This document shows positions 12,701-24,200 of a stretch of DNA of 64,000 nucleotides, in pieces. The stretch is from Tubulanus polymorphus (Eukaryota > Animalia > Nemertea), in the NCBI RefSeq assembly GCF_964204645.1, contig NC_134032.1, forward strand, positions 8,234,275-8,298,274, given 5' to 3'. Under the pieces are notes generated by a model. The model was not told the origin of the DNA and made no database searches. It saw nothing but the letters and a program-made list of their open reading frames with translations. A program made the position numbers and the translations under genes. Within the stretch, counting starts at the first letter, position 1, and the number at the start of each line of letters is the position of its first letter.

Positions 12701-15700
12701 GGTTCCCACAATACTGGGAAATCGAGCAAAACTTTGCACTAAACTCCCAGCAGGCGCGAATCCAGGATTTTTTCCAGGAGGGGGTTCGTAAAGAATGTTG
12801 GATGTTAAACCGCCGACTAAAATCTCTGATAGGGGGCCTATACGGCATATTGTTTGGCCAAACGTACGATGATATAGTACCGATTATGTAGTACTGTTCG
12901 CCCGCTTCGTCTTGAGTACATTCCTTCAAGAAAACGATTAAAAAATATTTTTGGTAGCTGAGCAGGGGAGTCTCAGCCACTGAAGTCACAGCTCTGGATC
13001 CGTGCCTGCCCAGTTTGGAAATATTTGGGAGTTCGATAGATTTTCCAATAGGGAATATTTGGGAGTTCGATAGATTTTCCAATAGGGTGTGAAGTACTTA
13101 GGAAATTCAGGTGGCATTGCATAGTTCAATGTCAATTGCTTACCCGAATGGCTGCAGTTTTTTGTGAAAATCACTTCTATCAACCAACCACCTCTAAAAC
13201 GTGGACATCCCCGTGGTATGTATGTCAACTTTTACACAGTCCCCATTTCTATTTGGGATAATTGAAAATCACGCATAAAATACTTGGGGATTTTTAATAC
13301 GTGTACAGAACTGTGTAACGTTGTTAGACCGGTTTAAGCTCATTTCGGTATTCAGCACCATCCCTCTCTCCAGTCGGGGCTCTGAGAATATCCAAATTAC
13401 GACGTTCGATGCCACGTTTTCTGAATTCTTTTCTTTTTTTTCTTGTTCGGCACAGTATCGCAGGCATTGCGAGAGAACACATACCCATTCCTGGCGTTGA
13501 TCGTTTTGCGGCAAAACAAGATGACCGTGATCGCGCGAATCGAAGGACCTGTAGGTACGTATTAGTCTTAGACTGATCCAGGGTGGCGATCAGGGAATAG
13601 TCAGGGAATTTTCCTCTCTTCAAAATACGTAATTTTATAACAAAAACTTGCTAAAAGAAACAGAGAAATGTCAGGGAAATATCTTTGGATTAGATTGCGT
13701 CTACGTAAAATGAAAAAGTTTCTGTGTTTTATATATTTCACTGTGTTCATCGGGCGCGTTAGAAGCAATTTTTGATTGCTGCGGCTAAATACTGATTTTG
13801 GACATGTTCTAAATATTGCCGTGGCGAATTTACTTAATTTCTTCAAAAATGTGGTATTCAAAGTAGAAAAAATGTCATTCAGTAAATTATTGCCACAACT
13901 TTCGCCGCTGCAGTCGCTGCACTTCCAACGCCACTGTTCATTGATTGGAATCTTAGCAGATCAAGTCAGGAAAACAACTTACATGTCGGGGAATAGTCGG
14001 GGGAAAAGATCTAATGAAAGTGCCCACCCTGTGGTTGTAAGTTCTAGATTAGGCAGAGAAATATAATCTAAGTCTTAGCCTTGACTGCAACTGGCCCCAG
14101 GGATCCAGTTCCATAGTTGTGAATTGAAATTCAAGATTTTACATCTTTTGAAAATGAACTTATTCTCAGACGTAGATGAGCTCCCAATGAAATCTAGCTA
14201 AAAATACTGAAGTCTGCATCAGAATTAGGTCCTGTTAGTCCCTGTTGTCACATAGATTCGATCATTTGGTCCTAGATTCTCACTTTTCGCTCCTACTTCG
14301 AAAGCGTAATAGTATTTTTTCGGAATTCTTTTCCAGGACCAGAGGAGTTCGTCAACAAGCTAACTCGAGTTATGAATGACAACGAGGCTTCGCTGTTAAC
14401 AGCTCGAGCTGAGAGGTACGTAGGTCAGATCAAGCGTAGGTGGAGGTCGGTTATCAGACCTCCCCTGTTATTTATGCATGCTTCTAAAGACGTGTCCTGT
14501 TTATCGCACCGTACTGGGGGTTTTGAAGTTAGGAATTTGTGTTACATTAATGTGGAACTTTCGACGCCTGCGATGATTCCACTTATGGCAATTACTTAAG
14601 ACCCTCCAGGCTAGTAGTTCCTCAGTTTTCCTGGCTTCAATTTCATCTACATTTTGACAGTGGAATTAAATCAAATTAAATCACATAATCTGAAATTATA
14701 AAAATCGATAATTAAGGAAACTATACCAAATGCTGGGAGAAGAAAAGAACATTTTTTGAGGCTCATTTGATAAAATACACGTTTGTACTTGGATTCTTGA
14801 ATTTAACTTGTCAGATAGTGAAGACGCACTTATTTCGACCACGTAAAAACTGACTCTAGTCTGACTATGAAACGATACACTGGTTTCCCTAAAAACGATT
14901 TGTTTGGGAAAGACAGCTAGACATTATCATGACTATAAGTCTGTCTGTATTACAGCAGTGTCTGTGTGTTGCAGTTTCCTAGTCTAACCATTGGCGATTC
15001 TTCCGTTTCAGGGAGGAGCGAAGTTTTAACCAATCATTGAGGGAACAACAGGATGCCGCCTACTTAGAGTCGTTGAAGGCTGATCAGGAAAAGGTACGTT
15101 TGAAGTAACAACATAGGTAACGTTGAATAGGTCCAGCTCCAGTTCCGTGAAAGTTTCATCTCAGGCATTTTGTGTTAGCCGTTACTGGTTATTTCTTCAA
15201 TCGGGTGTGTGGCGACCTGATTTTCTGATGAAATATTTCTCTTTTGTTGCCAAGGAGCGAAAAAAGCGCGAAGAATTGGAGAAAGTCGAGCAAGAAGAGG
15301 AAGAAAGAAGAAACCAAGAACGGGAAGAACAGAGAAAAAAAGAGGTCAGTTTCGTTGTTTGGAGTTTTCCAAATCTTTGAACCCTTTGTTTCCTAGCACC
15401 TGTATTTTAGACTTGACTCGATTGACATGAGCCCAGAACATTGTGACTGGGATCTTTTGTACAAAACCAAAATTATAACTGTCTTGTTGAAAATGGCTCG
15501 GGGTTAGAAATATTTCCCCCATGTTTCACTTTTTGATAACTTCTAGGAACTCCGTTTGTTATAACCGAAATAGCTGAAATTCTCCTATTTGGGAAGAAAG
15601 TTTGCGATAACCGATAAATCACTATATCCAAGGCAGTTATAACGACGTTCCACTGTATCTAGAATTTATTTCGATCATTATTTCAGGAAATTGCTCGCAA

Positions 15701-16548
15701 GAAAGAGGAGTATAAGGACAAAATACCAGCCGAACCGGAGTCCGATAACCCTGATTTAGTGCACATCGTGCTGAAATTACCGAGTGGCAAACGCATCGAG
15801 CGCAAATTCCTGAAAACGCAATCTATAAAGGTATGAGTCAATTTTCAGTTCAGTTTTCTGAAAGCGAGGGTCTATGGAAAGACATGTGATGATGTCATAA
15901 GGGAATTCAATGAGGTAGCTACCTTTAGGGGGTTCTTAAGAGGTAATTCAGGGTGGCAACTTACTTAGCGGAAAATCGGGGAAAAGACGGGGAATTTTCT
16001 TTAAAAATGTTAGAGAATTTTGTTTAAAAAAAGCTAAAAGTCGGGGAAATTTGTTGAGATAGATAGGTAGGTTGTGCATAAAATCATACAGTTTCCATCT
16101 ACCGTATATCTTACGTATTTGAATTTGTTAATTAATTGATTGGATTCTTAGCAGATCAAGTCAGTGAAAACAACGTATATGTCGGGGAATAGTGAGGAAA
16201 ATGTTACGAATAAAAGTGGCCACCCTGTTATTTGATCATCTTATTTGGGAATCAATACTTACTAGCCACCGTCTTGTTTAGGAAGGGTGCTACGGGTGAT
16301 TTGGTCATAAGTTTTTACAAAAACAATGTCGCGAATGAGATATAATTTCATATTTTCAGTATTTATATTATTTCGTGTATTGTCACGACGATACGCCGGA
16401 CGACTTTCAAATCGTGACGAACTTTCCGCGTAAAGTGTTACCGTGCGCGCCGTCAGGCGACGACGACGCTGACCCCGAGCCGGAGACATTCCAACAAATC
16501 GGACTCGGCCGATCGGAAATGTTATTCGTACACGACAACGACGCATGA
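3761..16548 (+). CDS. FAF2: FAS-associated factor 2 / UBXD8 (UBA - hairpin - UAS - coiled coil - UBX), 450 aa, 12 exons: 3761-3823, 9298-9479, 10639-10754, 11225-11254, 11840-11940, 12329-12506, 13456-13554, 14337-14415, 15012-15093, 15255-15344, 15687-15830, 16360-16548
   Basis: All introns GT-AG with matching phases, 1353 nt open frame. Peptides match FAF2: EQTETIIHFQDLTGIETMERCREILETHNWDLEVAV, HPVFYQGSYSQALNDAKRELKFLLVYLHGDDH, LREQQDAAYLESLKADQEK, UBX motifs KLPSGKRIERKF and TNFPRKVL. Confidence 0.96.
5006..5746. mobile_element. Degenerate non-autonomous DNA transposon in FAF2 intron 1
   Basis: Diverged ~65-bp terminal inverted repeats (CTAGTCTGAATACCAGTCGTTGTT...GAGGTTAA vs TTAACCTTATATGAG...GGTACTAGACTAG). 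Confidence 0.5.
7320..8237. mobile_element. Nested fold-back elements: outer arms ~7320-7436/8125-8237, inner TA-flanked MITE ~7563-8078
   Basis: Two concentric pairs of inverted repeats read directly (GATGGGCTTGGATTTTATTTCCGGGTTGTT / AACAACCCGGAAATAAAATCCAAGCCCATC; TATAAAGTTCCGATA / TATCGGAACTTTATA). Confidence 0.75.
8870..9152. mobile_element. piggyBac-like MITE family A, copy with eroded ends
   Basis: Colinear with the copies at 35701-35981 and 52295-52582. Confidence 0.75.
13579..14030. mobile_element. CAGGGTGGC...GCCACCCTG non-autonomous element (hAT-like ends); related copies ~15949-16227, ~48692-49020, ~51120-51443
   Basis: Short TIRs plus shared internal motifs (GGGAATTTTC, TTAGCAGATCAAGTCAG); TSDs not conserved. 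Confidence 0.6.
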
Positions 16549-17689
16549 TTTCATCGACTTCATTTAATTTGCATCGATTGTTCGATTGATCGATCGACGA
16601 ACCGATGAGGACTCAGCGCGAGCAGCTTCTCCACCAGATGGCACGACTCGCGGTAGGACGTTCTTGTTCGAGGACACCAGATGGCGTTCGTAGACATTAG
16701 CAGACTTTCAGTCGGGGTTACATTCGTTCCACCTGATGGTGTGTCCGATGATCGAGGCGTTTTTACGAGCGTTCGTTTTTTGCGATCTCTTTCATTGACG
16801 ATTCGCACCGATATTGTGGATTAAAGCGAAAGTTCACAATAGATTACGATGGTTTAATTAATCGAATGGCGTAAACATGGCGACGTCGAAAGATTGTACC
16901 GTTCATTATCGACTAACAGGTGCCGCCATCTTGGAAATCGAATCGTCACATCGCTTCCTCCAGCGCGAGTTGGTCGATCGCAAGAATCAATCGGCAACGC
17001 ATCTTGGTAAAAACGCTGGTCGTGAAAAATCAGTGCTCGTAAATGCGTTTCTCCGCCTTAGGATATTAGGAATGGGACAACTCATCTGAATTTGATCAGC
17101 ATCGCCCTTTATGCACGACATTGTCGCCAGGGTGAACTTCGGTTATCGTAGTTAGTCGACTATTTGTGAACTAAGCAATACCGAATGTCAGTCGGAACTA
17201 TACTCCATTGCACAATCGCTGTAGATCAGACCTATTTCGAAGATGGCCGACATAGTGAAATGTGTCGCGAACTATAGTGTGTACGGTTATCAGTTCCGAC
17301 CACTAGTCGACTAGCTACGAAGGCAGGAAGCAGAAGTTCGCCGTGGTGCAAGCTCAACAACTGCCACACGTGGAATTCTCCACGACGGTCGCAGTAGCTT
17401 TACCGGGTCCTCATTATTGAAAATATTTTCAACGTCTTATCAGTGCGTGAGAGAGACGGATAGCGCTAGTTGAAAATCTGATTTTTGAAATCGAGAGAAA
17501 CCTTACTAGAAGAACTAGTGGAAGTGCCTTCGTGTGTTCTTTTCATCAAACTCCGAATGTGTGTAACACTCGCTAAAGATCCAGTTCGGCCGTTATGAGT
17601 TAGTTAACTCTTTTCAATGAGTCAATGCCGAGTCTTAACTCACCACTGTGGAACTGGATCCAGTTCTTCAACGATTTCAAGTTTATTAA

Positions 17690-18151
17690 CCTATTAGCAC
17701 TCAGGAATTTTACGATGTAGCGTCAATCACTCCTCAGAAAATCCATGTTTATCGCGATACCGAATAGCTCATCTGCTGTTTATTTCCATGCTAACAAGTT
17801 CATGTTATTGTGTAATAAATAGTCGAGGATTTCATATGATATAAGATTTGATGAGGTGGGCCACCAAATCATGTCCTTTTGGCCCCCAAAATTCATCCAA
17901 ACTTACTTGGATTTGAAGTGAGCGCTCAGATCTGTCATGTTCTTACCCCAAATAGTCGAGAATTTCAAATAGGAAGATGTTGATTCTGTACAGTATTTTG
18001 AGGACTTTGGTATCTAGTTTATAATAAGCTATTGGGTTTCAAATCCCACTGTAACCGGTTTTGTGCAGCATACAAAAAAGTGTCAGGTCGAATTTGTGCG
18101 ACTTGAGGAGTAATAGGCAGGGCAGATACGCGTGGCTTGAGTGCTAATGGG
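17690..18151. mobile_element. piggyBac-like MITE family B (second copy ~51457-51928)
   Basis: TTAA|CCTATTAGCACTCA...TGAGTGCTAATGGG; the second copy is colinear over ~460 bp and ends GGG|TTAA. Confidence 0.75.
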
Positions 18152-18964
18152 TAAATACAGGTATGGATCTGCTGCCTGGAACCAGTCCTTCAGACATTCA
18201 CTTAAGTATATATTGTATTGCAAACCCTGGATGATTGCCTTTTGAAAGTGCGCTGGTTAGAATGTCAAATATATGTATTCCTTTTCAATTAGAAATGTCC
18301 TGAACTGAACTGGCGTGAAGTGAGGACAATTGATTTTCTTTTTGAAAGTGTGCTAATTAAATGTCTCTTATGTCTGGTGATTGTTTAGTTCATTTAAAAT
18401 CAATTTTACTTATGAAGTGTGGGCGATTAGAATTTGGATGAATACGGTGATAGATAGTAAATAGAATGTCTGTGTAGGGCATGCAGGCCGCAGATTGAAA
18501 TGTACGTAGTGAGAATTTCAACTTTTAAAGTTTTGTTGATTTTTCGAAGATTTTTGTCGAAGAGGGACTTTCATCGATCATTGAAGAACAATGAAAAAAT
18601 GAAATCGCAATTTTTACGAAGATTTAAATTATTCTAGATTTGAATATATTGTCCGAAATGCGGTAAACCTCGCCTGACTCGGATAAAATGGCAAAATAGA
18701 TCCGTGGTAAGCGAATACTGAGGTGAGGATCGGAAAATAGGTGTTAGTTCGAGTGAGGCAAGGTTTACCGCAAGTCGAAGTGTTATTTGAATAAGTAATT
18801 ATGGATATGTTGACTCAATGAAGTACCGTTTAGACCCCTTTATGCCGTCAACTCAAAATTGCTCTGGGTGATTTTCGCGGAAATATTTCAATTTCCTTTT
18901 AAGGGCGACCGAAATGTTTCATCAAATCTTAACTGGAAACTAAGATCCTGCGATAATGAAAAAC

Positions 18965-19150
18965 CGTAGTTAACCCCCGATATACCGCCCCCCTGATAGA
19001 CTGCCATCTCCTACCCCACTGAATCAACGTCAGGTTTTTCCCTAGACAATTGGTACGTTTTCTCTCGGATCTAATCAACATTAACCGCCGATATACGGCC
19101 GTACTCTCTACACAACCAAAATCATAGATCACCGTTATGTTGTGCGGGCG
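18965..19150. mobile_element. TA-flanked CAGT-terminated MITE (Tc1/mariner-pogo type); related copy 33203-33334; similar short elements at ~1093-1251, 56816-56996, 57164-57325, 62667-62821
   Basis: Inverted termini such as CAGTCAACCCCCGAT...ATCGGGGTTGACAGTA and TACAGTGGAACCTCGTT...AACGAGGTTCAACTGTA. Confidence 0.6.
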
Positions 19151-19784
19151 GTATATGGGGGTTGACTGTGTAGTATGGCACTAGGTGGTGTGGAAAATTG
19201 GGGAAGGTGAGGCAGTGGTGGAATTGAACAGGCCGTGGCATCACCGATTTTATCGGCAGTTCGTTTTCCTAGAGGTGCGGACCTATTTCAATTGGTGCTG
19301 GAAGGTATACACGTTGCCTTGAAATGGCCAATACAGTTCAAGGCTTCCTATAATGGAGTCCAATGCCTGTCCTAAGTACATGAAGGCCTATTGGACGGGG
19401 GTACAAAAGGGCAAGCCTAGATTTCTGAAAATTCATTTTTCAAATGCGAGCCTTTTTTTTATTTCGGGTGGTTCGTCGTAACTCCCCTCCCCACGCCACG
19501 CGCCTGGAATGAGTCGGTCTATAGTGTGTCCTCGTGAATGTAAAGCGTGTGTACTAATTACGTTGATTTCAATTGTTTTGGAATTTCATTTAAACTCTAT
19601 ATCTGTGTAAATAAACTGTGTAAATTTCATACGCATTTGAACAAAAAAAAAACATCTACAAAAAAACTTTTAGAAAATGCGTTTCGTTTATTCATTCATA
19701 GGAGGCTAGAGATCCAGTTCCATAGTTGTTAAATTTTATTCTTAAAGAGTTAAAGACATTGAGAGCGGACTAATCTTAATTCAA

Positions 19785-20007
19785 TATCTAACTCTTAACG
19801 AGAGAAATCCCACAATAACGAAGCCAATATTGAAAAATTCTATATCAGAATGATTATATTTGAGGAGCGACGTTTTGGGTAAACGTCGCTCCTCAAATAT
19901 AATCATTCTGATATAGAATTTTTCAATCTTGGCTTCGTTATTGTGGGATTTCTCTCGTTATCATCATACACGGATATTGTGTATCTTCTCATCTTATCTA
20001 ACTCTTA
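19785..20007. mobile_element. Fold-back insertion with 13-bp target-site duplication (possible Penelope-like fragment)
   Basis: 80-bp arms 19796-19875 / 19881-19960 (1 mismatch), 5-nt loop, ~34-bp tail; TATCTAACTCTTA at 19785-19797 and 19995-20007. Confidence 0.7.
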
Positions 20008-20408
20008 TTTATGGAACTGAGATTTTGTTATGGTGGCTGCCTTAGTCTGGATGCTGAGGAATCGTACGCATTCGTTCCGTAGTCTGAACATCGAATGTAG
20101 GTAAAATCCCCCAAGTTCAGTTTTCTATCAAACTTTAGTATAAAACCTAAATGAAAAGCGATACAGTACTTTTTACAATAATACACCTAGTATGAAATAA
20201 ACACGGCTTCATAATACATGTAGACCGAAATATAGATAAGATAACTGTACATTCGTGTGAGCTGATTAAATCATATTTTCATGGTCCACTCTGTGTACCG
20301 GTAAACGCTTTGATCAGGAATTTAATGGTTTCTGCGCTGGAGACACGAGGTTTCGTGCAAACAGTATTTACAATTTACATGAACGAATATTTAAAGAAGT
20401 TTCTTCCA

Positions 20409-21174
20409 GAGGAAATTTATGTTACTGGGCAATTTTGACCGGGATTAACTCACAATTAAAACAAAATTTTCACCGCTGGGTGCTACATTTTCTTAATCTC
20501 ATAATGACATAATTACAGAATGAAGGGCCATGATAATTTTCGGAAATGGACAGTTAATTATGCCTAATTGACTCATGATACCTGTGTGAAATAAATCCTT
20601 AACGCATTCAAAGTAGTTATAGAAAATTGATGTTGTCCGCTTTCGTGTCTGACTATAAATGATTGATTCATTGTCGAGCCGATTTAGGTTATTCCAACGA
20701 GGAATTTCTTAACCACATCCACTTACTGCAAATATTGTCCGGATTAGACCAAAATCCCGATGAGCCGATCCGGATTAAGGCAGATTTGACTGTACCTCGC
20801 ACTATCATGTTTTTGGTAGCATCGTTCATATTTAGGGGCCTACGATTTTGCAAATGGCGACTTTTATAGAATTACCCAATCAACAAATTTCTCATTCTAT
20901 AAACATGTGGGCCAGTATGTTCTCTAGAGTATTTTGATTTTTTTAGTTTAACGTATGGTTTATTTCAAATTTCGACTATAGAGGAAATTAATGTTACCGC
21001 GCCATTTTCAACTGTGGTCGGGATTAACTATCACATTATATTTCACCGCTGGGAGCTACATTTTCTTAATCTCATAATGAGATGATTATAAAATGATGGG
21101 CCATGATAATTTCTGAAGATGGAGATACGCCTAATTTACGCATGATACCTCTGTGAAATAAATCTTTAACGCAT
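20409..21174 (+). repeat. ~200-bp diverged direct duplication (20409-20606 and 20980-21174)
   Basis: Shared blocks GAGGAAATT..ATGTTAC, CACCGCTGGG.GCTACATTTTCTTAATCTCATAATGA, GTGAAATAAATC.TTAACGCAT. Confidence 0.8.
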
Positions 21175-21214
21175 ACAACCACAATAAAAATTCAATTCAA
21201 TACAAAGTAAGCAC

Positions 21215-24200
21215 ATGGCCCACGTCCATAATGGGACCCATTCACTAAACCACCTCCACCCCACCTATATAGCGGGTCCTCGTCAATAAACCACACACCC
21301 TGCCTATATGGCCCCGCCCTACTAAACCTCCACGTACCCCGCTTACATAGCGAGGCCCCCTCACTAATACCACAACCACATCCACGCAGACTATACCAGG
21401 ACCTCTTTGTAATTAACCACAACCATATTCAAGCCCGTCTATACCGAAAACTCTTTAATCAACCATAACAACAACCACTTCCAAGCCCATATATACCGGG
21501 ACCCCTCTAGTTAACCATGACTACATCGAAGCCTGTCTATATCGGGACCTTTTTACTAGACCCAAAATCACAACCACATCCAAGCCAGTATATACCGGGA
21601 CCACTTTACTAAAACCACAACCTCGCACAACATCTATACCGGGAACTCTTCACTTAACCACCTCAACCCCACCTATAGGGTATCTCTTCACTAAAACCTC
21701 TTTACTAGAACCAAAACCACAACCACATCCAAGCCTGTCTGTACCGGTACCTCTTTACTTGAACCAAAACCACATCTGATCCTGTCTATACCGTGACCTC
21801 TTTACTAGCATCACAACGACATCCAAGTCTGTCTATACCGGGACCTCTTTACTAGAACCAAAACTACAACCACATCCAAGCCCATCTTTACCGGGACCTC
21901 TTTACTAGAACCAAAACCACAACCACATCCAAGCCCGTCTTTACCGGGACCTCTTTACTAGAACCAAAACCACAACCACATCCAATCCCGTCTTTACCGG
22001 GATCTCTTTACTAGAACCAAAACCACAACCACATCCAATCCCGTCTATACCGGGACCTCTCTACTAGAACCAAAACCACAACCACATCCAATCCCGTCTA
22101 TACCAGGACCTCTTTACTAGAACCAAAACTACAACCACATCCAAGCCCATCTTTACCGGGACCTCTTTACTAGAACCAAAACCACAACCAAATGCAAGCC
22201 CGTCTTTACCGGGACCTCTTTACTAGAACCAAATCTACAACCACATCCAAGCCCATCTTTACCGGGACCTCTCTACTAGAACCAAAACCACAACCACATC
22301 CACGACCGTTTATACCAGGACCTCATTACTAGAATCACAAGGACATCCAAGCCTGTCTATACCGGGACCTCTTCACTAAACCACCTGCACGTACCCCACC
22401 TTTAACGGTAACTCTTTGCTAAAACCACATGCACATCCAAGCCCATCTATACCGAGACCTCTTTACTATAACTGCAACCACATCCAAGCCCGTATATACC
22501 GGGACCCCTCTAGTTAACCACAACCACATCGAAGCCCATCTATACCGGGACCTCTTTACTAGACCCAAAACCACAACCACATCCAAGCCAGTATATACCA
22601 GGACCACTTTACTAAAACCACAACACAACGCCTTCTATACCGGGACGTCTTAATTTAACCATAACCACAACCACATCCAAGCCCGTCTATACCGGGACCT
22701 CTTTACTAGAACCAAAACCACAACCACATTCAAGCCAGTATATACCAGGACCATTTTACTAAAACGACAACACAACGCCCGTCTATACTGGGAATACTCT
22801 TCATTACCACCTCCACCCAACCTATAGGGTACCTCTTCACTGAAGCCTCTTTACTAGAACCACAACCAAATCCACGCCCGTCTTTACCGGGACCCCTCTA
22901 ATTAACCACAACCACATCGAAGCCCGTCTATAACGGGAACCCCATTAATCAAACCTCATACACAACCACTACCGCACTCGTTCATACCGGAACCTCTTTA
23001 ATAGAATCACAATGACATCCTAGCCCGTCTATACCAGGACCTCTTCACTAAACCACCTGCACGCACCCCGCTTATATAGCGGGACCTCATCAGTAATATG
23101 ACAACCACATTGACGCCCGTTCATACCGGGACCTTGTCACTAAACCACCACCTCGACCCCGCACCTATAACGGTTACTCTTTACTAAAACCACAACCACA
23201 TCCAAGTCTGTCTATACCGGGACCTCTTTACAAGAACCAAAACCACAACCACATCCGATCCTGTCTATACCTGGACCTCTCTACTAGAACCAAAACTACA
23301 ACCATATCCACGACCGTCTATACTGGGACCTCTTTACTAGAACCAAAACCACAACCACATCCGATCCTGTCTATACCAGGACCTCTCTACTAGAACCAAA
23401 ACTAAACCACATCCACGACCGTCTATACCGGGACCTCCTTACTAGAACCACAACCACATCCAAGCCCATCTATACCGGTACCTCTTTGATTAACCACAAC
23501 CACATCCAAGCCCGTATATGCCGGGACCTCTTTACTAGAACAGCAACCACATCCAAGCCGGTCTATACCGGGACCTCTTTACTAGAACCAAAACCACAAC
23601 CACATCCAAGCCCATCTATACCGGTACCTCTTTAATTAACCACAACCGCATCCAAGCCCGTATATGCCAGGACCTCTTTACTAGAACCAAAACCACAACC
23701 ACATCCAAGCCCGTATATACCGGGACCCCCCTAATTAACCACAACCACATCCAAGCCTGTCTATACCGGGAACCCCATTAATCAAACCTCATACACAACC
23801 ACAACCGCGCTCGTTTATACCAGAACCTCTTTACTAGAATCACAATGGCATCCAAGCCCGTCTTTACCAGGACCTCTTCACTTAACCACCTGCACGTACC
23901 CCGCTTATATAGCGGGACCTCATCAGTAATATGACAACCACATTAACGCCCGTCCATACCGGGATCTCGTCACTAAACCACCATCTCGACCCTGCGCCTA
24001 ACACGGTAACTCTTTACTAAAACCACAACCACATCCAAGCCCGTATATACCGGGACCTCTTTACTAGAACCAAAACCACAACCACATCCAAGCCCGTATA
24101 TACCGGGTCCACTTTTCTAAAACCATAACCATGCCCGCCTATACCGGGAACTCTTCACTTAACCGCCTCCATCCCACCTATAGGGTACCTCTTCCACTAA

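Larger units (their letters stand above)
16549..19690 (+). other. FAF2: Probable FAF2 3' UTR
   Basis: Follows the stop codon; AATAAA near 19609; true end unverified. Confidence 0.4.

Noticed and set aside
12654-13228. Minus-strand ORFs of 142 and 80 aa
   Set aside because: Intronic, built on repeat fragments including a 34-bp tandem duplication; no recognisable domain.
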